From the IMG/VR virus record IMGVR_UViG_3300029825_000007, positions 1,374 through 65,373 of that record: a stretch of 64,000 bases of DNA. One strand, written 5' to 3'. The stretch's first letter is position 1, and each line of letters begins with the position of its first letter. This document shows, piece after piece, positions 1 through 9,067 of the stretch. The position numbers were made by a program, and so were the translations under genes. The notes below the pieces were generated by a model that was not told the DNA's origin, did no database searches, and saw only the letters and a program-made list of their open reading frames with translations. Source of the stretch: a virus.

Positions 1-138
1 ATATAATTCATCCTGTTCTTTTGCAGACCGGAAGCATTCGCCGATACCTAACTGTAGATTTTCCTTTGCACACAGAACCTGCAACTGTGCAATTTTCTCT
101 TGCAGTCTCGGGTGCAATTCATTGATGTTTCTTCCCAT
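1..138 (-). CDS. endolysin, N-terminal 46 codons only (peptidase M15/VanY-like); the gene runs off the window start
   Basis: The ATG at 138-136 overlaps the holin stop (TAATG). The translation MGRNINELHPRLQEKIAQLQVLCAKENLQLGIGECFRSAKEQDELY fits the LHP...G.RS..EQ..LY pattern of M15 cell-wall peptidases. The gene lies directly after the holin. Confidence 0.6.
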   Translation of the reverse strand, partial: MGRNINELHPRLQEKIAQLQVLCAKENLQLGIGECFRSAKEQDELY

Positions 139-485
139 TATTTGCCCTCCTTAGTATGCTTGTCCACTACTTTGTCTAACTGCTGTTTTGCATACAATTC
201 AACGCTGTCAAAAGCATTGTCTACGATATTTGCAACCATATCTTTAGTAATGATTACTTTGAGCGGCGCAGGAATGTAATTATACAATGTATCAATTGCA
301 AACTGATGTTTCTGTCCACCAGATTTAGCAATATCCTTGTATGTATACTCTGCTTCATTAATCACTGCCGTAGCTTTATCCTGTAGTTTTTTATTGGTTT
401 TAAAGTACCATGCGATAAACCCAATCACTACATAAAGTGCAATCCTTACAATTTCTAAAACTAATTTTGTATCCATACTTTTCAC
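138..485 (-). CDS. holin (LL-H-like, single N-terminal TM helix)
   Basis: 115 aa with an N-terminal hydrophobic helix (LVLEIVRIALYVVIGFIAWYF) followed by a charged tail. It lies immediately upstream of the lysin and is translationally coupled to it. Confidence 0.55.
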   Translation of the reverse strand: MKSMDTKLVLEIVRIALYVVIGFIAWYFKTNKKLQDKATAVINEAEYTYKDIAKSGGQKHQFAIDTLYNYIPAPLKVIITKDMVANIVDNAFDSVELYAKQQLDKVVDKHTKEGK

Positions 486-778
486 TCTCTTTCTTTTTCG
501 AGATCATTAATTCGATGATTCGCCACTTTTATCTGTTCATCAGTGACCGCAACAGCCTGTTCTAGCTTATATGTTCGTTCCACAACGTTGTTGTGTTTAT
601 CGACACGTTTCGTCAATTCTGATAGCTTATAATCTATCATGTCGACTGTCTCTTTATTGGCATCTCTCATCTGCTGTTGTTGTACATCAATCTTTTTTTG
701 TTGGCTTCTCTGCTGAAAGCAATTATTCAGCATGCAAACAATCAAAGTCACACCACTACTTATTAACGCTTCAATCAC
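482..778 (-). CDS. membrane-anchored coiled-coil protein (XhlA-like lysis accessory?)
   Basis: 98 aa, GTG start, with an N-terminal TM segment followed by a heptad-rich region. It overlaps the holin start by 4 nt. Confidence 0.35.
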   Translation of the reverse strand: MIEALISSGVTLIVCMLNNCFQQRSQQKKIDVQQQQMRDANKETVDMIDYKLSELTKRVDKHNNVVERTYKLEQAVAVTDEQIKVANHRINDLEKERE

Positions 779-859
779 ACATCTGTCCTCACTTTTTCTG
801 TTTTTAAGACATAAAAATAAGACCTTGCGGTCTCGCTCGAATGTGCATGTATGCCCTCC

Positions 860-1042
860 TTAATCTTTTTCTTTTTCCTGTGCTTGAATCTGGACTTGCT
901 GTAGCTGCTGTACTATGGTCTGCAACTGTTGTATTGTGTCCCTTAATGTCTCTTCTGTTGCGATTGGTTTACTTGTTTCTGTGCGTACCTCGTTCGGCTC
1001 TGCTATTTTAGGGCTTTCACCCTGTTCCATAATCAATTTCAT
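860..1042 (-). CDS. small Q-rich hypothetical protein
   Basis: 60-aa ORF co-oriented with, and lying between, the fibre and lysis genes. Confidence 0.3.
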   Translation of the reverse strand: MKLIMEQGESPKIAEPNEVRTETSKPIATEETLRDTIQQLQTIVQQLQQVQIQAQEKEKD

Positions 1043-1063
1043 ACTGATATCTCCAATCTAAAT

Positions 1064-2380
1064 TTATCTTGGTGCGGCAGTAATAATACCATTTGATACA
1101 TCAATGCTACTAGTTGTCCATGCAATACTTCCATTTTCTGCGTCACGGATGCTTGTTACGATTGGTATCTTGCCTGTCCATCCTAGGTAGCCATCCTGCG
1201 CTGAAATATGTGTTAATTGTGCATTCATCAGCTGAAAACCATTGACGTTTATACTGCATCCGGCATATAGCGTGTTCGGTGTCATGTTCGCACCCACATA
1301 TTTATTGGAAAAAGTCCATCTCATTATATAGGTAGAATCCGATGAGTACTGCTTATTCGCCCAAGTCATATATGCACCTTGAGATTCCAAATCAAACACA
1401 AGGCCTTTTTTGCTAGTATCACTCGCATATGAATTAGTTCCGATTGCGCCGACATAGTATCCGTCCCTATAAAAATGATTTCCATTTTCATCGAATACTG
1501 CCCTTTTTTTACTATCTGTAATCCCATAGTCATAGATACCTATTTGCCCTGTGCTGATTTGCAGATATTTACTAGAATTATTAAAACCATAAATAACCTT
1601 GTCATAGTACTGTTGTACGTAAGAGCCAAACTCATTTTTTGTCACTTTGCTTTCAATCATAGTTGCCTGTTGATTGATTTGAGATTTCAGGGTGTTTGTC
1701 TCTGTCTTTGTCGCATACGTTGCAGATACAGTGGATAGTATGGAATCCCCCTTCTGATCTATAATAGTATTCATATGCAGCGTAGTGGAATAGCTTTTAA
1801 ACCTAGCATCTACAGTACTAGTAATTGAATCAGCCTTTTGGTTAATTTCACTATTCATCTGTACTGTTGTTGAGTATCCCTTAAGTTTATTATCTGTTGC
1901 AGTGTTCGCTGAATTAATGGCATCCTGCTTTGCTGTATTCATGGATGTTTTAGTTGCGTAGGTATTTGAAACCTCTGTCTTAAAACCGTTCACACTTGCA
2001 CTAATGGCTGTGTTCATAGCACTGGTGGTACTATAGTTATCTTTCAGGTTTTGTTTTGTAGCACTTATATCAGCAGACAGCCCATCTACACCGAGCTTGT
2101 AATCAGCAACTTTGCTGTCCAAAGAATCATACTTTCCTGTCAGACTATTGTATTTCGTAGTCAGGTCACTAAAATTTAAGGTCAGAGAATCCACTTTCAA
2201 TTCCACATTCGCAAGCTTGCTGTACATAGTGGTTTTAGAGTTCTGCAATTCAAGTATTTCGCTATCTGTCAAGATTGCAGATATCTTGCCTTGTACAACT
2301 TGTAGGGATGTATCAACCGCACGGAAACGCTTAATAATGGCTTCTGACGAATATATGTTTACTTCCTGTGTAAATATCAT
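1064..2380 (-). CDS. tail fibre / minor structural protein with a repetitive coiled region
   Basis: 438 aa. It has repeated Y-S-T-T..MN..I.. style segments followed by a globular C-terminus, and it sits at the distal end of the tail module. Confidence 0.6.
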   Translation of the reverse strand: MIFTQEVNIYSSEAIIKRFRAVDTSLQVVQGKISAILTDSEILELQNSKTTMYSKLANVELKVDSLTLNFSDLTTKYNSLTGKYDSLDSKVADYKLGVDGLSADISATKQNLKDNYSTTSAMNTAISASVNGFKTEVSNTYATKTSMNTAKQDAINSANTATDNKLKGYSTTVQMNSEINQKADSITSTVDARFKSYSTTLHMNTIIDQKGDSILSTVSATYATKTETNTLKSQINQQATMIESKVTKNEFGSYVQQYYDKVIYGFNNSSKYLQISTGQIGIYDYGITDSKKRAVFDENGNHFYRDGYYVGAIGTNSYASDTSKKGLVFDLESQGAYMTWANKQYSSDSTYIMRWTFSNKYVGANMTPNTLYAGCSINVNGFQLMNAQLTHISAQDGYLGWTGKIPIVTSIRDAENGSIAWTTSSIDVSNGIITAAPR

Positions 2381-2395
2381 AGATCATACCTCCTT

Positions 2396-3391
2396 TCAGG
2401 CTATTGCTCTGTTGTAATTATACTTTACGCCATCTTGATCTATCGACACATAAATCTGTGTAGTACGCAAATCTGCGTGTCCTAACAGTGTAGAAACGTA
2501 TTGTATTGGCACACCTTTACGAACTAGGTTTGTGGCAAAAGTCCGTCTAAACCTGTGTGGATGAGCCTTGTTTACATTTGCACGTTTACCAATATTTCTG
2601 ACTGCCGCTTCAATCCCCGGTTTTTCAAGCCTGTTATATGGGGCTTTCCTGCTCACGAATAAAGCGTCATTATCATCTGTTCTGGTTTTAAGATATTGTT
2701 TTAAATATTCGCAACAAACATCTGACATATAAAATGTCCTTTCCTTGTTTCCCTTTCCAACAACGATTGATTCTTTAGTGGTGAAATCTATATCATCTAT
2801 ATTGAGTGATGCCACCTCTGACACTCGTAAACCTGTGGCAGATAAAAACTCAATCAATGCCCGATCTCTCTTGTTTGTACAGGCATTCCGTATTTTAAGC
2901 ATATCAATCGCTGTGAATGGTTTCTTTTGCACATCTGGAACCTTAATATGTTTCACAGCCAGTGCCGGGTTAATACGGATAAATGATTCCTCATACATCC
3001 ATCCAAAGAAAGATGATATAATTCTACGCTTATTATCCAGTGTCTTGTTGCATATCTTCCTCTCTTCCTGATACATGGCAAGATACATACGTATGTCATA
3101 TGTATTTACCTCATTAAAGGGCTTATCTATCGCTTGCACAAACTGCGATAATTCCAGTGAGTATGCGGCGATCGTATTTTCTGACTTGCCCTCTAGCCGC
3201 TTTGTGGCAATAAACTTTTTAATTGTCCGAATATTCCGATCATCATAGGGTACTAGCTCTGTAGTCTTTTCCCTGATCTCGTAATTTTCGAATTGTATAT
3301 ACAGTGTTCGTTCAACCTTTTCAACAACTTCCTTGTCTAATCCTGTCAGTGCCACCAATACGTTTTCTATGATTTCTGTTTTCACATCCAT
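2396..3391 (-). CDS. tyrosine site-specific recombinase (XerC/D- or Rci-like)
   Basis: 331 aa. It has a SAM-like N-domain and catalytic signatures: ATGLRVSE, HPHRFRRTFAT, LLGHADLRTTQIYV. Confidence 0.85.
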   Translation of the reverse strand: MDVKTEIIENVLVALTGLDKEVVEKVERTLYIQFENYEIREKTTELVPYDDRNIRTIKKFIATKRLEGKSENTIAAYSLELSQFVQAIDKPFNEVNTYDIRMYLAMYQEERKICNKTLDNKRRIISSFFGWMYEESFIRINPALAVKHIKVPDVQKKPFTAIDMLKIRNACTNKRDRALIEFLSATGLRVSEVASLNIDDIDFTTKESIVVGKGNKERTFYMSDVCCEYLKQYLKTRTDDNDALFVSRKAPYNRLEKPGIEAAVRNIGKRANVNKAHPHRFRRTFATNLVRKGVPIQYVSTLLGHADLRTTQIYVSIDQDGVKYNYNRAIA

Positions 3392-3420
3392 AGTAATACC
3401 TCCCTAAAGTTTATAGGAAT

Positions 3421-3496
3421 ATGATATCACTATGATATCACCATGTCAATACTTAAAATATATCACCTTGACATCACCTTTTCATCATGCTACACT
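3421..3496 (+). promoter_or_regulatory. promoter for the RHH gene plus direct-repeat operators, divergent from the recombinase
   Basis: TTGACA (3468-3473), a 17-nt spacer, then TACACT (3491-3496). ATGATATCAC occurs twice (3421-3430 and 3432-3441), and there are further TATCACC/CATCACC copies. Confidence 0.45.
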
Positions 3497-3517
3497 GTTT
3501 TTGGGGAGGTGAATATA

Positions 3518-3676
3518 ATGTCAATCGGTAAAAACAACACTAGGATGATTGTTACAATTCCTATCAAACTGAAAGAGCAACTTGACGCTCTCGCAGAAGA
3601 AGAAGGAAGGTCTACAAGTAATCTGGTAGTAAAAATAGTAAAAGAATACATTGAACAGAACCAGAGCCGGGAATGA
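3518..3676 (+). CDS. ribbon-helix-helix (CopG/Arc-type) DNA-binding protein
   Basis: GGGGAGG RBS 8 nt upstream of the ATG. The translation MSIGKNNTRMIVTIPIKLKEQLDALAEEEGRSTSNLVVKIVKEYIEQ has a typical beta-strand-helix-helix layout. Confidence 0.75.
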   Translation: MSIGKNNTRMIVTIPIKLKEQLDALAEEEGRSTSNLVVKIVKEYIEQNQSRE

Positions 3677-3696
3677 ATCCGGCTCTTATTTTTTTG
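3663..3696 (+). terminator. rho-independent terminator after the RHH gene
   Basis: AGAGCCGG-gaatgaat-CCGGCTCT followed by TATTTTTTT. Confidence 0.7.
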
Positions 3697-3716
3697 CATA
3701 AATTCAATCTCCTATC

Positions 3717-3726
3717 CGCCGATTTA
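3717..3726 (+). repeat. recombination core S1 (CGCCGATTTA; extended form CCGCCGATTTAGA)
   Basis: One of four copies of the same 10-nt core within 1.7 kb. It is read as Ala-Asp-Leu in the downstream open frame. Confidence 0.7.
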
Positions 3727-4014
3727 GATGTTAAAAGCAAATGGAATATACTGGATCAATATAATATTCCTGTCACCGAAGAAGAAAAAGTAAAACATAT
3801 AACTCCGTATCCGACAGGGAAAAGTCCAGAAGAATTTTTGGTTTCTTATGGCATTGCAAACGGAGGTCAATCTTATGGTGGATCAACAATCGTTTTACAA
3901 GTCAATGAATCCAAACCATGCCATGTTCCCGTATATGGGTCATATAATGAGAAAATAAGCGGAATCCTAACCGTATACAACGAATTTTTAGACGAATCTA
4001 AAAATATTGTGTGA
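3727..4014 (+). CDS. silent alternative C-terminal cassette B of the receptor-binding protein (no credible own start)
   Basis: The frame is open from S1 onward (..SADL|DVKSKWNILDQY...). The nominal ATG at 3673 lies inside the RHH terminator hairpin and has no RBS. Confidence 0.55.
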   Translation, partial: DVKSKWNILDQYNIPVTEEEKVKHITPYPTGKSPEEFLVSYGIANGGQSYGGSTIVLQVNESKPCHVPVYGSYNEKISGILTVYNEFLDESKNIV

Positions 4015-4120
4015 TCTAAATTTGGACAAGCAATAGAAACATACCGGTTAAAAATATACTATCGTTAAGACTAGATATTAAAATTATTTATTACAAATAA
4101 ATACTATATACAAAGTCACT

Positions 4121-4654
4121 TTATGAGCTTATAGGTTGTATTGTATAATCCATATTCACAGCGTTACCAACTATATAATAAACATAGCCATAGTAATTTG
4201 TGAACGCTATTTCGGCGCCTGTGTCAATACTGGTAATAGTTACATAATCACTAAGAGAAGCATGCGCACTCATGGGTACTTTGCCGGTTGAAACGGAAGG
4301 AATTAGTGACACAAACGCTGCCCCATGTGTTGCAAAAAATAAAAAGCTTATGACATTCCCACTAGAGTGACTATCTATGGGAACTGTTATTCTAAACTTT
4401 TTAGTGTTACCCATTGCAAACCCTTTAATAGATTGCCTGCCTAAATCGGCGTTTAAACCGTTAATTGCCCCCGGTAAGGTCTTATTGCTTGTATTAAGTG
4501 TGCTGTATGTTTTGCTTGTCAGTTTATTTAAGATCGCATCTGCAAGTTTATTATAATCAATCCGCTTTGTATCCTCTGAATCCTCTAGCAACATAATATC
4601 ACTGTCAGATGGATTGTCCTTTTTTGTCAATTCTGATAAATATGTATCTGCCAT
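4121..4654 (-). CDS. tail-fibre/receptor-binding protein, currently expressed form (constant N-terminus 4452-4654 plus cassette A 4121-4441)
   Basis: GAAAGGAAAAA RBS upstream of the ATG. The N-terminus MADTYLSELTKKDNPSDSDIMLLEDSEDTKRIDYNKLADAIL is fibre-like. The core site lies in frame at ..GLNADL|GRQ. Confidence 0.65.
   Translation of the reverse strand: MADTYLSELTKKDNPSDSDIMLLEDSEDTKRIDYNKLADAILNKLTSKTYSTLNTSNKTLPGAINGLNADLGRQSIKGFAMGNTKKFRITVPIDSHSSGNVISFLFFATHGAAFVSLIPSVSTGKVPMSAHASLSDYVTITSIDTGAEIAFTNYYGYVYYIVGNAVNMDYTIQPISS
4442..4451 (-). repeat. recombination core X (CGCCGATTTA on the minus strand) inside the expressed gene
   Basis: The plus strand reads TAAATCGGCG at 4442-4451. 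It is in inverted orientation relative to S1 and S2. Confidence 0.7.
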
Positions 4655-4728
4655 AATGTTATTTTTCCTTTCTAAAATGAATTATTTTTATATATTTTAT
4701 TTCTATATTATTGTCTCCGTTCTTTCAC

Positions 4729-4738
4729 CGCCGATTTA
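4729..4738 (+). repeat. recombination core S2 (CGCCGATTTA; extended form CCGCCGATTTAGA)
   Basis: It shares an identical 13-mer with S1 and is read as T-A-D-L in the open frame that continues into ORF 4769..5083. Confidence 0.7.
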
Positions 4739-5083
4739 GAGACCGTAGATTTTACGCCACAAATACAATTGCTAAAGGGGGTAAAATTAGCGACTTATTC
4801 TGAGGCATCTTGTACAGGTAACATGGTAATCCTACATCTTCACGTACAATTACCGACTGATTTCCCGATTAACGTAATAACAAATATAGCTACTCTACCA
4901 CCTGTTTTTTCTCCGAAATCTGCAAAGTTTCCGACAGTAGTGCAGTACGCGGATGAGTGGAGCATATCATCAGGTGGGTTATGCTACGGATATTTAGGTG
5001 GATTGGTGGGGTTACAAGTTTCAATACCCGAGAAAAATACCAAATGGTTAGATATTTCAACGACATATTTTCGTAAAGTTTAA
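4739..5083 (+). CDS. silent alternative C-terminal cassette C
   Basis: The frame is open from 4676 with no ATG or RBS (..FTADL|ETVDFTPQIQLLKGVKLATY...). It is on the opposite strand to the surrounding operon. Confidence 0.55.
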   Translation, partial: ETVDFTPQIQLLKGVKLATYSEASCTGNMVILHLHVQLPTDFPINVITNIATLPPVFSPKSAKFPTVVQYADEWSISSGGLCYGYLGGLVGLQVSIPEKNTKWLDISTTYFRKV

Positions 5084-5101
5084 AACTTAAGGCCTAGCTC
5101 A

Positions 5102-5425
5102 TTATAATCGTATAATCGTGTAATCAAAAAAGCTTGATGCAACTATGGTAACTTTGCTCCAGTTATTGCCATTAAAAGTAAAAGTGATATCATCATAGTC
5201 CGGATTAGATGTGTCAAACGTTACTATTTTATCACCAAATAATGTGTTAACATACATGTTTCTGGGGCCAGCACGTAAAGAGTAATTTACTACACCTGTG
5301 CTTACGCCAAAGTTACCATTGAAACTAGCCATATATAAGAATACATCAGTCTTGATTACACTTTTTGCAATTCTAATCGTAATAGAACGATATGATTCGG
5401 AACTTATTGAAAAAATCTTTTTCGA
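5102..5425 (-). CDS. alternative C-terminal cassette D (possibly also translated from a TTG overlapping the upstream stop)
   Basis: It begins ..IIADL|SKKIFSISS with the same core in frame, and is about 108 aa like the other cassettes. Confidence 0.5.
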   Translation of the reverse strand, partial: SKKIFSISSESYRSITIRIAKSVIKTDVFLYMASFNGNFGVSTGVVNYSLRAGPRNMYVNTLFGDKIVTFDTSNPDYDDITFTFNGNNWSKVTIVASSFFDYTIIRL

Positions 5426-5435
5426 TAAATCGGCG
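5426..5435 (-). repeat. recombination core S3 (CGCCGATTTA on the minus strand)
   Basis: The plus strand reads TAAATCGGCG at 5426-5435, 5 nt downstream of the stop of the 977-aa tail protein. Confidence 0.65.
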
Positions 5436-5439
5436 ATAA

Positions 5440-8373
5440 TCAATCTGTTTTCCCAATTAGTAAGTATTTTCCCTTCTTTGTCATTAATTTCTTTTTATCC
5501 TTTTTGGTAACAAGATACATAAGTGTTCTTGTGCCAAACTGGCCGATATATGTTGCACCGCCCAATCCGGAATCGTCATTTTTCACGGTTATACTATATC
5601 CTTGCCCTGCATATCCGTTAGATGTTTCTGATTTTCTATACCATGAAAACCATGTAAATGGATAACTCTTTGTAACCTCTTCCCCCGCCTTATATACATG
5701 TGCTGTCAACGTTGTTGTTCCATTTCCATTATCTGCATAGGTGACGTTGTACATCAGTATCTTGTCCGATACGCCGTGCAATTGATTCTGTGTGTCTGTG
5801 ATATCTGTCTTAATGCCGTCTACACTTGTCTGTATTGTAGTTACGTGCTGATTAGTTTCAGCAACAGCATTCTGTACACCTTTGATATCTTCTGCTAAGC
5901 CTTCTGCATCCGTCAAAACTACAAGATTCTGGCTGTCCAGTACATTCTGACCACCACTAGCATAGAGCGTAACTTTAATGGATTTTACATCTTTGCCCTG
6001 TGGTGTATAAACTTTCGTTGCTTCATCTTTAGAGGATAAATAGGTCTGTGTAAAGGTTTCTCCGTTACTGCTTTCTTCTACCTTAAATCTCCCGGAATAT
6101 GCTTGTACCGAATTGCCATCATTATATTGACCTGTGAGCGTTATATTTGCCGGAATAAGCGTTCCATTTTGCTTTCGGACAATCGCTAAAGTGGATGCCT
6201 TTAAACTGTAGGAAACGCCTGTACGCCCATCCAGAGCCTTACTAATACTGAATCGTTTGACAAGCCTTGTTTTCTCATCATCTGGATTAGCACTGTAAGA
6301 TGCTTCAATGTCAACATAGCCGTCATTTACGGTTAAATTAGACACTTGATAAGTATGTGTTGCGTTGCTCCATACACCTGTCAATCCTGTGGATGCAGTA
6401 ACTTTATAAGTTGCATTGTCAGATACATCTAAATCTCCGAGATACACATACATGGTGGTTCTACAATTGGTAAAATCACCACCGCTGCCATCTGCATTTG
6501 TGTGTACAACATGGCTGTCATTACTGAGAACCGCCGATATACTATCCAGTGATGAGATGCCGTTAATTGCTTCAATCGCCTGATCTGCTGTGTTCTGTGC
6601 TGCTTTAACGCTATTTGACATCTGTGAAAACACCATATCAAGTGATTGCTTTTTATCATCAAAGTAGATTAGGTTTGATTTTATGGTAGTATCACCGTTG
6701 TTGATCTCTGTGACAACACTGTTGATATCTAGTTTACTTCCGGCTATGTTTGCGTTGTCTGCAACCATGCTGTCCTTGATAATAGGGTCTTTAATGGCAT
6801 CCGCTGTCAGTCCTAGAGCATTCCACATGATCTTGCCATTAGCATCTGCAACGTAATAATTAAATTCTCCATTTGCATCTTGTCCGGCTTGCATACGGAT
6901 ATTACCGTCTTTATCTTTCCACTGCTGTGTATTACCGGATATTTGTACCCCACCGTCTTGAGAACCAATCATGATTTGGTCTGTGTATATCCGGCCGGAA
7001 AGTAACTCTCTCACATTGGCTATATCTGCAAGTACAGAACGGATAACCGCTGTGTCAATGACCGCATTTTGTGATGTCAAGTGTATATTCTGAATATCTC
7101 CTATTCCGGCATTCCCGGATAACAGAGATTTGATATTTGCTGTGTCTGCATCTAAGATACCAATATCAGCTTTGGCGGCATCCAAATCTGTTACTGTTAA
7201 TTCTTTGAATTTTCCATAATCTACATCCAGATTTTGTATATGTGCGTCTACTGCATTTAAATTCTTAATTGTCGCAAACGTAATATTCGCTGTCTCAACG
7301 TCTAATTTATTTGCAATAGCATGGTCTATCAATGCAAGTTTGATATTCCAACGGTCCTGTGCTTGTACGTTAGGACCCTTAAAACCTGTTTCTTGTTCGG
7401 ATTCAGATTTTCCGACCGCTTGTATTGTTGTTTTGATACCACCGTCATAATCTTGTGTCAGCATCATAACTGGCACTTTAAAACTTTTCCCTTTGCGGTC
7501 TTTCACTGTAATGATATCCCAAGGGTCTATACGTGGGTCACCGAGGAACCCAACTTGTCCCGGCATGTAAGAATAGTTTTTAAGGTTATTCCATACACCA
7601 TTGAGCATTGACTGTGTCATAAATGGATTGGAGAAACTTATCTCCCTGATTCCACTTCCAACACTGATTGAGATATCCTCTCCTTGCTCGTCTTTGCCTG
7701 TATAACACGTTATTTTTTGTAATTGGAACAAGTAATCATTATGCTTAAAAGAATCGTAGTAGCGGTTATCAGCGACTGTGTATTCGCTATCTGTGTAGGT
7801 CTTAATCTCAACTTGTCCTGATCTATTACAAATAGCAAATCCGCCATACATTTGTGATATATATGACAGTACTTCTCTGCACGTATATCCAACTGGTTTT
7901 TTCATGCTGATAGATGTCAAGCCGGATGTTATAACCTGAACATTTGTAATCGTGCTGATTGCATTTAAAATAGCGACCGTATTTGTTGTATCCGGCAAAC
8001 TCAAAAAACATGGTTTTTCCATTCTCATCATACGGTCATAAGCAGTCACCCTTGAAAACTCTTCATCAGCTTGTGGCTTTTCACATGTAAAGAATCCCAT
8101 TGGGATATATTGCATACTGTCATTGACTTCAATACCGATCTTTAATTGTATTTCGTGCCCCTCAAGCAACACATCTGTTGCAATACTCAAGTCTATATAT
8201 TGTGATACCGCTGAACCAATAGAAAAATCAGATTCACTGTTCGAGCCGCCATTAATTGTAATACTCTTGATGCCATCTGTGATATCAGTCTTTCCATCAA
8301 CAGTTATCAGAGCACGGAACATTCTAGTGTCTTGCTGTAGAACCTCTTCAATATCTTTATTTACTTGATACAT
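5440..8373 (-). CDS. tail-tip / tail-associated large structural protein (Tal-like, prophage-tail family)
   Basis: 977 aa, lying downstream of the tape measure and small tail proteins. The N-terminus (MYQVNKDIEEVLQQDTRMFRALITVDG...) is typical of siphovirus minor structural/tail-tip proteins. Confidence 0.7.
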   Translation of the reverse strand: MYQVNKDIEEVLQQDTRMFRALITVDGKTDITDGIKSITINGGSNSESDFSIGSAVSQYIDLSIATDVLLEGHEIQLKIGIEVNDSMQYIPMGFFTCEKPQADEEFSRVTAYDRMMRMEKPCFLSLPDTTNTVAILNAISTITNVQVITSGLTSISMKKPVGYTCREVLSYISQMYGGFAICNRSGQVEIKTYTDSEYTVADNRYYDSFKHNDYLFQLQKITCYTGKDEQGEDISISVGSGIREISFSNPFMTQSMLNGVWNNLKNYSYMPGQVGFLGDPRIDPWDIITVKDRKGKSFKVPVMMLTQDYDGGIKTTIQAVGKSESEQETGFKGPNVQAQDRWNIKLALIDHAIANKLDVETANITFATIKNLNAVDAHIQNLDVDYGKFKELTVTDLDAAKADIGILDADTANIKSLLSGNAGIGDIQNIHLTSQNAVIDTAVIRSVLADIANVRELLSGRIYTDQIMIGSQDGGVQISGNTQQWKDKDGNIRMQAGQDANGEFNYYVADANGKIMWNALGLTADAIKDPIIKDSMVADNANIAGSKLDINSVVTEINNGDTTIKSNLIYFDDKKQSLDMVFSQMSNSVKAAQNTADQAIEAINGISSLDSISAVLSNDSHVVHTNADGSGGDFTNCRTTMYVYLGDLDVSDNATYKVTASTGLTGVWSNATHTYQVSNLTVNDGYVDIEASYSANPDDEKTRLVKRFSISKALDGRTGVSYSLKASTLAIVRKQNGTLIPANITLTGQYNDGNSVQAYSGRFKVEESSNGETFTQTYLSSKDEATKVYTPQGKDVKSIKVTLYASGGQNVLDSQNLVVLTDAEGLAEDIKGVQNAVAETNQHVTTIQTSVDGIKTDITDTQNQLHGVSDKILMYNVTYADNGNGTTTLTAHVYKAGEEVTKSYPFTWFSWYRKSETSNGYAGQGYSITVKNDDSGLGGATYIGQFGTRTLMYLVTKKDKKKLMTKKGKYLLIGKTD

Positions 8374-8397
8374 ACAACAGACACCTCACTTTCTTTC

Positions 8398-8793
8398 TTA
8401 TTCGGTCATTAACTCCAATACTGTCACTTCATGTATGGACAGGGAATCAAATTTATCACTGTCGCAACGCTCTAAATCATCTAATGTGACGGTTTGGATA
8501 TCAATATCATTCTCTATTTCAAGTAATTCGGTTACTTCGCTTGTATAGGATTTCTGGGCTTCCTCATTCGGAAATATGTATCTGTTATCTTCAATAACCG
8601 GATTGTCATTTTCATCTTTTTTTGCATATTGTTCTACAATTTTATTTCTTTCAGCTTCATAGGCAGTCGCAACTGTCTCCATAGCTTTCATGTTTTTAGT
8701 AATCGAAAAACTTACCTTGATAGGCAACTTTTTATTCTGTAATTCTGACAAACCATTTAAAAATGTAATTACCTGAGTATTAGTTAGTTTCAT
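8398..8793 (-). CDS. tail-module hypothetical protein
   Basis: GGGAGGAA RBS 6 nt before the ATG at 8793 (MKLTNTQVITFLNGL...). The longer ORF in the track overlaps the upstream gene. Confidence 0.45.
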   Translation of the reverse strand: MKLTNTQVITFLNGLSELQNKKLPIKVSFSITKNMKAMETVATAYEAERNKIVEQYAKKDENDNPVIEDNRYIFPNEEAQKSYTSEVTELLEIENDIDIQTVTLDDLERCDSDKFDSLSIHEVTVLELMTE

Positions 8794-9055
8794 CTTCAAT
8801 TCCTCCCATATCTGTTTCTGGTCCATCTGTTATCTGTGACATTCTCTGATCTTCTAAGTCATAGATCATATCGTCAAACTGTGCCATATCAGCCCGGCAC
8901 TCTCTCCTGTTGGCATCATATAAATCCATATCAGTGATATTTTTATTAACCGTACTTGAGCCATTTTCCGGAACTTGACCGGTCATGAATACTGCAGGCT
9001 TTCCGTCTATCAAAGACTGATAATTTAATGTTGTACTTTTTGTACCTTTAAGCAT
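8780..9055 (-). CDS. tail-module hypothetical protein
   Basis: 91-aa ORF co-oriented with, and lying between, the tail genes. Confidence 0.4.
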   Translation of the reverse strand: MLKGTKSTTLNYQSLIDGKPAVFMTGQVPENGSSTVNKNITDMDLYDANRRECRADMAQFDDMIYDLEDQRMSQITDGPETDMGGIEDETN

Positions 9056-9067
9056 TACTGCTCCTCC

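Noticed and set aside
3673-4014. Treating 3673-4014 as an ordinary independent gene starting at its ATG.
   Set aside because: The ATG lies within the stem of the RHH terminator with no RBS. The frame makes sense only from the shared ADL-encoding core onward.
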